DNA of 64,000 bases. Origin: an uncultured Actinomycetes bacterium. GTDB lineage: Bacteria; Actinomycetota; Acidimicrobiia; IMCC26256; PALSA-610. Under the pieces are notes generated by a model. The model was not told where the DNA came from. It did no database searches and worked only from the letters and a program-made list of their open reading frames with translations. The translations under genes were made by a program, and so were the position numbers. The DNA is taken from NCBI GenBank assembly GCA_963837155.1, contig CAWIMB010000001.1, forward strand, positions 683,586 to 747,585, written 5' to 3'. The first letter of the stretch is position 1, and each line of letters opens with the position of its first letter. Positions 1-9,475 of this stretch are shown here, in pieces.

Positions 1-934
1 ACGCACCCATCGACGCGCCGTAGCCGTACCCGCGCGGCATCCCGATGAGCTGCGCGTATTCGGAGTTGGCGTGGCCGCGCGACGGTCCCTGGTACAGGCC
101 GTCGCCCATCGCGGGATCGATCTCGGCTTCCTCGAGGTGACGCTCCATCTCGGGCAGCCAACCCGCAACCTGTAAGTGCTCGGGGCCCTCCTGCCGGCTC
201 GAACCCCAAGCCGTGAAGATGTATGCACGCCACTCGGTGCTGAAACTCGCGATCGAGTGCGGCCCGATCGCCCGCTTCGGCAGTTGCGCGCCGATCTCGA
301 CGTCACCAAACCGCGGTGTCGTTCCCTCGCGGTTCGAATTGATCCACGCCCAGCGTGTCGCTTCGACGGCCTCGAGCCGTTCGTCCGTCCACTCGGGCAG
401 CGGCGCCGCCTGCTCGAAGAAGCCGAGCCGCCGAGCCTCGGACGCGACGTAACGGACTGCTGTCGAGCGCTGCAGCGCGACCTGCTCGCCCCTCTGGTTC
501 ACGTAGCGCGTGTCACCGCGCGAGAACATCGTCGGTCCTGCGAACTTCGTGTTCGCGACCTTGTAGTCGTGGAACCGGCGCGCCATACGCAAGTGATCGC
601 CTGGAAGGATGCGGTTCCCGGTGAACCACCATTCGTCGCCGCCGAAGATCATGTGCGTGCCGGGGATGTTGCCGACGATCGCCGGGCCCGCGCCGTGGCC
701 GACGTCGCAGCACACGGTGAAGGACTGCGGTGCGACCAACCGGCCAAAGCGCGACTTCGCCGCGAACTCCTCGTCGTAGTGCAGCGGATTGGGATATTGC
801 ATCCCCTGCGCCCAACGCCGGATGTCGGTCGCCGTGACGGGGTCTTTCAGCTGACCGCCGCCGACCGGCTGGCCGACATACCGATCGACGTCACTCGTGT
901 CGAAGTCGACCGCGGGCTTTTCGACCTTCGCCAT
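1..934 (-). CDS. MaoC-like / FAS1-type hot-dog fold dehydratase; the C-terminal end runs off the window
   Basis: Manual minus-strand translation from the ATG (cat at 932-934) gives MAKVEKPAVDFDTSDVDRYVGQPVGGGQLKDPVTATDIRRWAQGMQYPNPLHYDEEFAAKSRFGRLVAPQSF...HLRMARRFHDYKVANTKFAGPTMFSRGDTRYVNQRGEQVA. It stays open to position 1. It is absent from the ORF track because no stop lies in the window. The + ORF 176..985 is an Arg-rich antisense artefact. Confidence 0.75.
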   Translation of the reverse strand, partial: MAKVEKPAVDFDTSDVDRYVGQPVGGGQLKDPVTATDIRRWAQGMQYPNPLHYDEEFAAKSRFGRLVAPQSFTVCCDVGHGAGPAIVGNIPGTHMIFGGDEWWFTGNRILPGDHLRMARRFHDYKVANTKFAGPTMFSRGDTRYVNQRGEQVALQRSTAVRYVASEARRLGFFEQAAPLPEWTDERLEAVEATRWAWINSNREGTTPRFGDVEIGAQLPKRAIGPHSIASFSTEWRAYIFTAWGSSRQEGPEHLQVAGWLPEMERHLEEAEIDPAMGDGLYQGPSRGHANSEYAQLIGMPRGYGYGASMGA

Positions 935-1000
935 GCGTCGCACCCCCAAACGCACCCGCCGATGATCCGCAGGTGGTGGCGGTGATGCTACGAGGCCCTG

Positions 1001-1762
1001 GTGCGAACCGTCGAGGCCCGATCTAGTGTTCGCGCCGTGCTGGTAGCGCAGCTGAGCGACACACATTTGCTGCCCGATCCCGACGCGCGGCTCTGGGACC
1101 ACAACCCTGCGGAGAACCTCGTCGCGGTCATGGACGCGCTCCCCGCGGACCTCGACGTGATGGTTCTCACCGGTGACGTCGCCGAAAGCGGGAGTCCGGA
1201 GGCGTATCGCGTCGCGCAGTCGATCACCACCGCGCGAGCCGATCGCACGTTCTTCATCGCCGGGAACCACGACGACGCGGACGCGATGCGCAGCGTGCTC
1301 GGTGAAGCCGAAGACCTGCGCATGGTGCCCCTGTCCGCCCATTGGGTGATGGCGTTGGTCAACACGAAATGGGACGGGCACGACGCCGGACGAATCACCG
1401 ATGGGATGCTCACGCAACTCCAGCAGGAACTCCGCGCGACGACGGCGAATGTCATGTTGTGCCTCCACCATCCGCCGTTCTCGCCGTGCCCCAATCACGA
1501 TTGCGGGATGGTCGACGGTGCGCACGTCGCCGACACGATGCGAGACAGCTCGGTGCGTGTGGTGCTGTCCGGTCACGTGCACCAGCAATTCGACATCACG
1601 CGAGACGGCATCCGGTACCTCGGTGCACCATCGACGTTTCGCCAGCTCCGCCACGGCGGCGACCCCCACTACAACGACACCGAAGAACCGCCGGCCGGAC
1701 ACCTTCTCGAGCTCCACGATGACGGCACGGTCGACGCGCGCGTCATCACGCCGCGCGCATAA
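1001..1762 (+). CDS. Metallophosphoesterase (CpdA-like cyclic nucleotide phosphodiesterase family)
   Basis: 253-aa ORF with the calcineurin-like phosphoesterase motif series QLSDTHL, LTGDVAESG, GNHD, LHHPP and SGHVH. A GTG start near 1037 is also possible. Confidence 0.85.
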   Translation: MRTVEARSSVRAVLVAQLSDTHLLPDPDARLWDHNPAENLVAVMDALPADLDVMVLTGDVAESGSPEAYRVAQSITTARADRTFFIAGNHDDADAMRSVLGEAEDLRMVPLSAHWVMALVNTKWDGHDAGRITDGMLTQLQQELRATTANVMLCLHHPPFSPCPNHDCGMVDGAHVADTMRDSSVRVVLSGHVHQQFDITRDGIRYLGAPSTFRQLRHGGDPHYNDTEEPPAGHLLELHDDGTVDARVITPRA

Positions 1763-1777
1763 CCACCGTTGAGGCGG

Positions 1778-2113
1778 TCAACCGTCGGCGGCGCTTCCCG
1801 TTCCCGGCGCCAACGGCAACGTCATCGAGCTCACGATCGTCCCGTTGTCGTCGTCGATGACGTCGACGCGCGCTGACTTGCCCGTTCGCTCGACGCGCAC
1901 CGTGAGAGCGCCGCTTGGCCCCGTGTGCGCGAGCGCGGACGCGACCGCGTCCGCGAACTCGCCGCGGAACTGTGTTGGATCGGCGAGCACGTTGACGCGG
2001 GACATCTCGATGTCGATGGTGCGCTGTGCGAAGCGCGCGTCGAGCCCGTCGAGCGCGGTTCGCATCTCTTCGAGGAGGTCGAACACGCTCCCACCCTCGG
2101 CATCCACGCACAC
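1778..2113 (-). CDS. Small orphan ORF resembling a histidine-kinase ATPase-domain fragment; possibly a remnant
   Basis: 111 aa. The stretch VNVLADPTQFRGEFADAVASALAHTGPSGALTVRVERTGKSARVDVIDDDNG resembles the N-box/G1 region of HATPase_c. There is no HisKA domain and no complete G-boxes. Confidence 0.3.
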   Translation of the reverse strand: MCVDAEGGSVFDLLEEMRTALDGLDARFAQRTIDIEMSRVNVLADPTQFRGEFADAVASALAHTGPSGALTVRVERTGKSARVDVIDDDNGTIVSSMTLPLAPGTGSAADG

Positions 2114-2230
2114 AACGTAACCACGATGTCCTCGGAAATAGGCCGTTCGACCTGCTTCTTCGCCGGCTCCTCATGACTAAAATCGTGCACTTCGGACGGG
2201 TGTGGAGCTCATGGAAGAGCGGGGGATGCA

Positions 2231-2674
2231 ATGAAGAAGCGCGTTTCGCAGGCACTGATCGGGACGCTGGCGGTCACGAGCTTGGCGGCCATCGCCGCCC
2301 CGCAAGTCGCCTACGCCAAGAAGTGCACCACGCGACCGGTCTCGGTCTCCCTCAAGCCCGCTTCGGCTGTCATCCAGCCCGGCGGCACCGTGCGGTACCA
2401 ACTGAAGGTCACCAACGGCGACAGCCGTGGGTGCGCGGCGTCAGACTTCGAGCTCCGGGCGTCATCTTCGGGCAACGTGGACTGGATGGTGCTGCCGAAC
2501 AACTACGAGTGGGCGACGCTCCGGCCGCAGTCGAGCCGGACGTTCACCGTGCAGGCGTGGGCGGGCAGCGACCTCGGCCCGGGCGTGTACAAGGGCACGG
2601 TCTGGGTCGACGACCGCGACGCGTCCAAGCGGGGGCACGGCGGCTCGGCTCCGATCCAAGCCGTCATTCGATAG
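2231..2674 (+). CDS. Secreted hypothetical protein with a signal peptide
   Basis: 147 aa. The N-terminus MKKRVSQALIGTLAVTSLAAIAAPQVAYA is a typical Sec signal. The body has a beta-rich composition, and the gene ends in TAG at 2672-2674. Confidence 0.7.
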   Translation: MKKRVSQALIGTLAVTSLAAIAAPQVAYAKKCTTRPVSVSLKPASAVIQPGGTVRYQLKVTNGDSRGCAASDFELRASSSGNVDWMVLPNNYEWATLRPQSSRTFTVQAWAGSDLGPGVYKGTVWVDDRDASKRGHGGSAPIQAVIR

Positions 2675-2689
2675 CCGTTCGCCGCATCG

Positions 2690-3934
2690 TCAGTCTTCGA
2701 TGGTCGGCGGCTGGCCGAGCGCGACCTTGCCAATGTATTCGTGCACGTCGTTCGCCGAGAGCGGCTGCATGAATGGCCCGGCGCGCACGTCGCGATACAA
2801 GCGGGAAAGCGGATTCGAGCTGAAGTAGCCCGCGCCGCCACTGACCTGGAGCGCCTTGTCCACGACGTCGATCGCGGTCCGCTGGGTCACAAGCTTCGAC
2901 GCCTGGAACGCCGCCATCAGTTCGTGCAGGTCGGCGAGGGACACCGAAGTGACCGGCCTGTCGATGACGACGCGATCGATGTGGCTCCCCATCCACGCGA
3001 GGTGGGCGCGGCACGTGTTCAAACCGATCTCGAGCTCGGCCATCCCGCGCTGGATGCCGTGGCGTTCGGCGAGCGGCCGGCCGGTCGGCTGCTTCGTGCG
3101 TTTCTGGAGGAGCTCAGCGACGTAGTTGCGTGCCGCTTCGGCGATGCCAACGAATGCCCCGAGGAGACCGAGGCTGGCGGCGGTGCCAATCAGCAACATT
3201 GCCTCGTCGATCTCTCCCCAGTTGCCTTCCCCGAAGAAGAACTCCTCGGCGATCACGCAGTTCTCGTAGACAACATCGTTGCTGCCGGACGCGCGCATGC
3301 CGAGCGCATCCCAGTTGTCGAGGATCGTCTGGCCGGGGGTGCCGCGAAAGATGATCGCGTTGCCGCGGGCGTAGGTACCGTCATCCCGGCGCGTCCGGCA
3401 CGGCACGATCATGACGTCGGCGACGGGCGACAGTGTGCCGAAGATCTTGCGGCCGTCGATACGCCAACCGCCGTCGACCTTCGTGGCCTCCGCCATCGGA
3501 TACCGAATGTCGGTGCCGGCCTCGGTCGCATTGGCCATCGCAACAATGCCGCTGCCGAGAATCTGGCTGAACTGCTCGAGGCCGGCGATGACGGCGGTGT
3601 CGTTGCGCTCACGCGCGCCGCGCAACAACCGCGTCACGATCATCTGGACCGAGAAGTGCATGTTGACGGCGATGGCAATCGATCCGTCGCCGCGACCGAG
3701 GCGATTGATGCCCACCATCAAGTCGTGCACCGACGACATGCCGAACCCGCCGTGCTCCTGCGAAATTCCCGCCGTGAGGAAGCCGGTCGACTTCATCGCG
3801 TCGATCGCTTCCACCGGGAACGAGCCGTCGCGATCGTGCTCCACCACGCGGGCCGCCACCTCTCCGGCGTGATGTTCGGCGAGCTCGACGAACTTCTTGC
3901 CGATCTCAGTACGCGGTTGCAGCTCGAAGTTCAT
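2690..3934 (-). CDS. Acyl-CoA dehydrogenase family protein
   Basis: The start was trimmed to MNFELQPRTEIGKKF (cat 3932-3934) behind the SD GAGGAGG. The protein is 414 aa with ACAD-like regions (GFGMSSVHDLMVGINRLGRGDGSIA, YENCVI, QVSGGAGYFSSNPLSRLYRDVRAGPFMQP). The Arg-rich upstream extension of ORF 2690..4351 was rejected. Confidence 0.9.
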   Translation of the reverse strand: MNFELQPRTEIGKKFVELAEHHAGEVAARVVEHDRDGSFPVEAIDAMKSTGFLTAGISQEHGGFGMSSVHDLMVGINRLGRGDGSIAIAVNMHFSVQMIVTRLLRGARERNDTAVIAGLEQFSQILGSGIVAMANATEAGTDIRYPMAEATKVDGGWRIDGRKIFGTLSPVADVMIVPCRTRRDDGTYARGNAIIFRGTPGQTILDNWDALGMRASGSNDVVYENCVIAEEFFFGEGNWGEIDEAMLLIGTAASLGLLGAFVGIAEAARNYVAELLQKRTKQPTGRPLAERHGIQRGMAELEIGLNTCRAHLAWMGSHIDRVVIDRPVTSVSLADLHELMAAFQASKLVTQRTAIDVVDKALQVSGGAGYFSSNPLSRLYRDVRAGPFMQPLSANDVHEYIGKVALGQPPTIED

Positions 3935-4083
3935 GTGACCGCCTCCTCGCAGCGCGGGCTCGCCATCTGACTGCGAGGATTGCCGAGGACGAAGAGGCCC
4001 GGGGCCGGGGCCTTCCTCGCGCGACGCCGCTTGCCGTCGGGAAACGTACACCCCGTCGGCGCGCGGCTCAATCGACGGCGCGG

Positions 4084-4520
4084 TCAGCGGCCGGTGTGCC
4101 CATCGATGAGCTCGCGGAGGATGTCGGCGTGACCGGCGTGGCGCGCCGTCTCCTCGAGCAGGTGCATCAACACCCAACGCAGATTGACCGGCTGGTCGTC
4201 GTCGGTGCGCCGGCACGGCTCGTCGAGACTCGGGCTCTCGACACGATCGCGTCGACGCGCACCCACGTCGCGCGGTAGGCATCGACCGCGGCCGCGAGCG
4301 TGTCGTCCGGCTGCACGGTGTCGTCCGGAATCGTGACGTCCGCACCGGCAAAGCGATGCACGATCCAGACGATCTCGGCCCTTCTCATGTGCTTCATCAA
4401 CCAGAGCAGCGTCGTTTCGCTGTCGACGAGCCTGCGACGGGCGGCCGCATCGTCGAAACCGGTCACTTTCCGGACCAGCGAGTCCCGCTGGTACTGCATG
4501 AGCTCTAAGGCGACGGACAC
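4084..4520 (-). pseudogene. DinB/DUF664-family protein, frameshifted as assembled
   Basis: The N-terminal part (LMQYQRDSLVRKVTGFDDAAARRRLVDSETTLLWLMKHMRRAEIVWIVHRFAG...AYRATWVRVDAIVSRA) lies in one frame. The C-terminal part (SLDEPCRRTDDDQPVNLRWVLMHLLEETARHAGHADILRELIDGHTGR) lies in another. The switch is at about 4236-4250. Confidence 0.7.
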
Positions 4521-5140
4521 GGTCGAGTGGCGGGAGGGGCGGCGGCGTTCCGCACGCGACGCGATCGTCGATGCTGCCTGGGCGCTCGTGCGCGAGGAGG
4601 GCTTGGCCGCGCTGTAGCTTCGAGACCTGGCGAAACGCGCCGGGATCACCACGCCGACGGTCTACGCATATTTCGACTCCAAGAATGCGATCTACGACGC
4701 GATGTTCGGGCGGGCCGCAGCCGAGTTCGCGGAGCGCATGACCCAGCCGTACGACTCCGCTGATCCGCGCGGTGCTTGCGGGAGGCGTACACCGCTTCGT
4801 CGAGTTCTGCACCGCGGACGTCGCGCGCTACCAACTGTTGTTCCAGCGAACAATTCCTGGCTTCGAGCCGTCGCGCGAGTCGTTTGCGCCGGCGCAGCGA
4901 GCGCTTGACGCGGCGCGCGAACGCTTGGCCCTCAACGGCATCACCAACCGACGTCACATCGACATGTGGACGGCGTTGACGACCGGCCTCGTCGATCAGC
5001 AGATCTCCAACGATCCCGGCGGCGACCGCTGGGCTCGTCTGATCGACGACGTCGTGACGATGTTCCTTGCCTACTGCAACCCGTCCACACCCACCAAGCG
5101 CACGACAACGAGACCCGCGAAGAAAAGAGCTCGATCATGA
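4498..5140 (+). pseudogene. TetR/AcrR-family transcriptional regulator with an in-frame TAG and a frameshift
   Basis: The HTH region reads RRSARDAIVDAAWALVREEGLAAL*LRDLAKRAGITTPTVYAYFDSKNAIYDAMF, with TAG at 4615-4617. A frame switch at about 4768-4772 leads into VLAGGVHRFVEFCTADVARYQLLFQRTIPGFEPS... Confidence 0.75.
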
Positions 5141-5388
5141 CTGCAAACGACGGCAGACTTTTCGGGGAGACGACCACCGGTCTCGACCACGCCGGCTTCA
5201 TCGTGACGAGTCGCGACGACCTGGTCGCGTGGCAGGACCATCTCGAGTCCAAGGGCGTCACACGTGCCGACGTCGCCGACAAGCCGCTGACCCAGTCGCC
5301 GATCGCCGACGAGGCCTACACGTCAGTTCTCGTGTTCCGCGATCCCGACAACATCCAGCTCGAGCTCTTCGCGCCACCTCGCCAATAG
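5137..5388 (+). CDS. Small VOC/glyoxalase-like protein (single half-domain)
   Basis: MTANDGRLFGETTTGLDHAGFIVTSRDDLVAWQDHLESKGV...VLVFRDPDNIQLELFAPP. There is an ATGA start/stop overlap with the upstream TetR frame, and the gene ends in TAG at 5386-5388. Confidence 0.7.
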   Translation: MTANDGRLFGETTTGLDHAGFIVTSRDDLVAWQDHLESKGVTRADVADKPLTQSPIADEAYTSVLVFRDPDNIQLELFAPPRQ

Positions 5389-5394
5389 CGGCAG

Positions 5395-5952
5395 TCAGTC
5401 ACCCAAGAACGCGTCGAACACGACTTCGAGCCGGGCGCGAATCGCGGTGTCGGCAGGCATGTCGATCGCTTGTCCGGGTCGCACGACGACGGTTGACGAC
5501 GCGAGAACACGCGCTCCCTGCGCGTGCAACGTGCGCTCGAGATCGACGGGCGCGTTCACGCCGCGCTGCTCGCTCGGGGCCGCGCTCAGGAGCACGACCC
5601 GTTTGCCGTAGAGCTCACCCGAGCCGACGAGCCAGTCGAGCGCATTCTTCAGCGCACCCGGAACGCCGAACGCGTACTCCGGCGAGGCAATCAGCACACC
5701 GTCGGCCTGCGCAATGAGTGCACGAAGGCGGACGACGTCCTCTGGTGGTCCTGCGCGATCGAGGTCCGGGTTGAAATGAGGAACGGCGCCGACGCTCTCG
5801 AACACGACGACGGTGACGTCGTCAGGCGCGATGTCGCGTGCCGCCTCGACGAGCGCGCGGTTCGAAGAGTTTGCCTGCAAGCTTCCCGAGATCGCGAGAA
5901 TCTGCACGAGTCGTGCCAACCCCGGGGCCGACAACGATGTTCCGATGGCCAC
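5395..5952 (-). CDS. NADPH-dependent FMN reductase family protein
   Basis: 185 aa with ILAISGSLQANSSNRALV, ADGVLIASPEYAFGVPGALKNALDWL and KRVVLLSA, matching the flavodoxin-like FMN reductase pattern. Confidence 0.85.
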   Translation of the reverse strand: MAIGTSLSAPGLARLVQILAISGSLQANSSNRALVEAARDIAPDDVTVVVFESVGAVPHFNPDLDRAGPPEDVVRLRALIAQADGVLIASPEYAFGVPGALKNALDWLVGSGELYGKRVVLLSAAPSEQRGVNAPVDLERTLHAQGARVLASSTVVVRPGQAIDMPADTAIRARLEVVFDAFLGD

Positions 5953-5993
5953 GGGCCGGCATCTCCGGTCGCTGACATCGCTCCCGATAAGTA

Positions 5994-7401
5994 GTGTCCA
6001 GCGTCATGAGTGACGCCGCTGCCACCTGGTCCGCCACCCGTCTCGCCGAAGCGATCCGAACGAAGCAGCTGTCGAGTCGCGAGCTCCTCGAGTTGTTTGT
6101 CGACCGCATCGAACGGCTCGGTGCTCCCGTCAACGCCGTCGTCACGTTCGATCTCGACCGGGCCCGGAAGGCCGCCGCGGCCGCCGACGAGCAACTCGCA
6201 CGCGGCGAGACGATGGGCCCCCTGCACGGCCTGCCCGTCACGATCAAGGACGCCATCGCGACCGAGGGCATCCGTTCGACGGGTGGCGCGGTGGAGTTGG
6301 CGGAGCATGTCCCGACCGCGGACGCTCCCGCGGTTGCGAAGTTGAAGCGCGCGGGCGCAATCGTCTTCGGCAAAACGAACCTGCCGCGGTGGTCCGGCGA
6401 CCTGCAGTCGTACAACGAGATGTTCGGCACCACGAACAATCCGTGGGCGCTCGACCGAACGCCGGGTGGATCGTCGGGCGGCGCCGCGGCGGCGGTCGCC
6501 TGCGGATTCACCAGCTTCGAACTCGGCACCGACATTGGCGGCTCGGTGCGCGCCCGCGCACTTCTGCGGTGTCTACAGCTTGAAGCCGAGCTTCGGGGTC
6601 GTGCCGCAGCGCGGTTATCTCGATCACGTCGGTGGCGGCACGACCGACCCGGACATCAACGTGTTCGGTCCGATCGTGCGCGACGCCGATGATCTCGAGC
6701 TCTTGCTCGGTGTGCTTGCGGGCCCCGAACCAGAGCGCGAGCTCGCATGGCGTGTCGACCTGCCGGCACCAGGCGCCCGCTCCCTCGCCGACTATCGCAT
6801 CGGTACGTGGTTCAACGATCCTGGGTGTCGGGTGTCCCGCGCGAGCGGCGCGCTTCTCGCAGGCGCAGCCGATCGGATCGCTGATGCAGGCGCCAAGGTG
6901 GAAGAGGCGCACCCCGCGGTCGACTTCCCCGCGCAAGTCGGTCTCTTCAACCAGCTCATCGTGGCCGCGATCTCGCCGAGCCTTTCCGCCGACATCGCCG
7001 AAGCGATGTCGGGTACGCATCTCGCGTGGCTGCAAGCCGACGAGGAACGGGCGCAGCTGCGCGCGAAGTGGGCCGAGTGGTTCGCCGAGTTCGATGTGCT
7101 GCTGTGTCCGGTGATGCCGGTCGCCGCCATCCAACACGACCAATCCGACGACATGATGACGCGCACCGTCGAGATCGACGGTGAGACACGCTCCTATCTC
7201 GAGCTGATCGGCTGGACGGGCTTGATCGGCGTCGTCGGCCTGCCATCGGTGGTCGTACCGATCGGACGCACCGACGAGGGCCTGCCGGTCGGCATGCAGA
7301 TCGTCTCGCCATTCCTGCACGACCGGCGCTCGGTGCACGTCGCCCAGCTAGCGCGCGACGTCTTGGGAGGCTACGAGCCGCCGCCCGGTTTCGGACCCTG
7401 A
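5994..7401 (+). pseudogene. Amidase (amidase-signature family), frameshifted as assembled
   Basis: The AS motif GGSSGGAAAAVACGFTSFELGTDIGGSVR lies in ORF 5994..6692. The continuation PAHFCGVYSLKPSFGVVPQRGY... lies in ORF 6466..7401. The switch is at about 6549-6553. Confidence 0.85.
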
Positions 7402-7443
7402 CGCGGGTGGAGCGGTTCGGTCCGACTGGTTAGTGTCGCCGCG

Positions 7444-8523
7444 GTGAAAGCTGCTGTTCTCGAACACATCCCGGGCGAGCTGGTCATCGACGACGTGCAG
7501 ATCGACACGCTCGGCCCCGACGAAGTGCTGGTGCAAACTGCCGCGGCGGGACTGTGCCACTCCGACCTTCACTTCATGGAGGGCAAGTATCCGCACCCGG
7601 TCCCGACGGTGCTCGGCCACGAATCCGCGGGCGTGGTCGAGGCGGTGGGTTCGCAGGTTTCGTACCTGCAACCCGGCGATCACGTGATCTCGTGCATCAG
7701 CGGATTCTGCGGGTCTTGCCGTTACTGCCTCTCGGGTCGTCCCAATCTCTGTGACGAAGCGGGCATGTCGGCGGCGGGCGGCCCACCCCGGTTCCGTCGC
7801 GGTGATCAACCCGTCTACCAGTTCGCCGGCTTGTCGAGCTTCGCCGAGCAGCTGCTCGTCCGCGAGAACCTGCTCGTGAAGATCCGGCCCGACATGCCAC
7901 TCGACAAGGCCGCGCTCATCGGGTGCGGCGTCACCACCGGTGTGGGTGCGGTGTTGAATACCGCGAAGGTCCGTCCCGGTGAAGTCGTCGCGGTGATTGG
8001 CTGCGGCGGTATCGGGCTGAATGCGATCCAGGCCGCCGCGATCGTGGGCGCGGGACGCATCATCGCCATCGATCGCATCGCATCCAAGCGCGACCTCGCG
8101 CTGAGCTTCGGTGCGACCGATGTCGTGGACGCGTCGGCCGGCGACCCCGTCGGCGCCGTGCTCGAACTCACGGGCGGTGGAGTCGACCACTCCTTCGAGG
8201 CCATCGGTCTGGCTGCGACCGCGCAACAGGCATTCAACATGTTGCGCAAGGGCGGAACTGCAACCGTGATCGGCATGATCCCGCTCGGCGAAAAGGTCGA
8301 GCTTGAAGGGTTCCAGTTCCTCATGGAGAAGCGAATCCAGGGCTCCAACATGGGATCGAACCGCTTCCGCATCGACATGCCGCAGTACATCGAGTGGTAC
8401 ATGGCCGGGAAGCTCAAGCTCGACGAGTTGGTCAGCGCGGTCATGCGGCTCGAGAAGATCAACGACGGCTTCGCGGCGCTCAAGGGCGGCGAGGTCGCCC
8501 GCCAGCTCGTCACCTTCGACTGA
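7444..8523 (+). CDS. Zn-dependent alcohol dehydrogenase (class III / medium-chain dehydrogenase family)
   Basis: 359 aa with GLCHSDLH, GHESAGVVEAVG, the structural Zn site CGSCRYCLSGRPNLC, and the Rossmann motif VIGCGGIGL. Confidence 0.9.
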   Translation: MKAAVLEHIPGELVIDDVQIDTLGPDEVLVQTAAAGLCHSDLHFMEGKYPHPVPTVLGHESAGVVEAVGSQVSYLQPGDHVISCISGFCGSCRYCLSGRPNLCDEAGMSAAGGPPRFRRGDQPVYQFAGLSSFAEQLLVRENLLVKIRPDMPLDKAALIGCGVTTGVGAVLNTAKVRPGEVVAVIGCGGIGLNAIQAAAIVGAGRIIAIDRIASKRDLALSFGATDVVDASAGDPVGAVLELTGGGVDHSFEAIGLAATAQQAFNMLRKGGTATVIGMIPLGEKVELEGFQFLMEKRIQGSNMGSNRFRIDMPQYIEWYMAGKLKLDELVSAVMRLEKINDGFAALKGGEVARQLVTFD

Positions 8524-8529
8524 CGACGA

Positions 8530-9351
8530 TTAGAAGACTTCGGGAACGAAGGTCTGTTCGTCGACCGGCGGGCGGATGTAGTTGTCCGGGCCACGTTCAG
8601 GCAAATTCAGGGGCGCGGAGGTGACGTCGTCGTACGGAACCTTCGAGAGGAGGTGGCTGATGCAGTTGAGACGCGCCGCGCCGCTTGTCGTCGGCATTCA
8701 CGACCCACCACGGCGAGAGTTTCGTGTCGGTGTAGCGGAACATCTCGTCTTTCGCGCGCGAGTACTCGACCCACCGCCGCGAGCCTCGAGATCCATCTGG
8801 CTCAGTTTCCAACGCTTCTCGGGATCGTCGATGCGCGCACGGAAACGGCGCTCTTGCTCGTCATCGCTCACCGAGAACCAGTACTTGATCAGCACGATCC
8901 CGGAGTGCAGCAGCATGGCTTCGAACTCGGGACATGAACGCAGAAACTCCCGGTATTCGTCGTCGGTACAGAATGCCATTACTCGCTCGACACCGGCGCG
9001 GTTGTACCACGACCGATCGAACAGCACGATCTCACCACCTGCGGGAAGATGTGCGACGTAGCGCTGGAAGTACCACTGCGTTCGTTCCTTCTCCGTTGGC
9101 GTTGCCAATGCCGCGACCCGGACGATCCGGGGGTTCGTACGTTCGACGATCCGCTTGATGGTTCCGCCCTTTCCGGCCGCGTCTCGTCCCTCGAACAGCA
9201 CGCAGATCTTCAGCTCTTCTTGGCGCACCCACTCCTGCAGCTTCACCAGCTCCCGTTGGAGCCGCGCCATGTTCTTCTCATAGACGCGCACGGGAAGCTT
9301 CGCAGGTTCGCCCTGGTGCTCCCGTTCTGCGCTCGAGTGACGATCAGCCAC
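8530..9351 (-). pseudogene. ppk2: Polyphosphate kinase 2 (PPK2), two frameshifts as assembled
   Basis: Walker-A-like FEGRDAAGKGGTIKRI, then FDRSWYNRAGVERVMAFCT and WKLSQMDLE. The frame switches at about 8771-8783 into RWVEYSRAKDEMFRYTDTKLSPWWVVNADDKRR. It switches again at about 8672-8684 into ARLNCISHLLSKVPYDD...FVPEVF with TAA at 8530. Confidence 0.85.
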
Positions 9352-9475
9352 GACGCCGACTGTACCGGGGTCGGGATCTCGGCATCAGACACGTCGTCCA
9401 TACGTCGAACCGATGCTTGGCGGCGTCCGTAACACCCACGCATTCACGCATTCGCCCCGTTCCCCCCACGCTCCT

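Noticed and set aside
176-985. 269-aa + strand ORF and nested ORFs at the left edge
   Set aside because: The composition is Arg/Pro/Ala-rich, typical of an antisense frame in high-G+C DNA. The opposite strand encodes a convincing MaoC-like dehydratase.
4497-4500. Shared CATG giving back-to-back overlapping start codons for the divergent DinB-like and TetR genes
   Set aside because: It is probably a coincidence of start-codon choice. A GTG near 4520 for the DinB-like gene, or a downstream start for TetR, is equally possible, and both genes are disrupted anyway.
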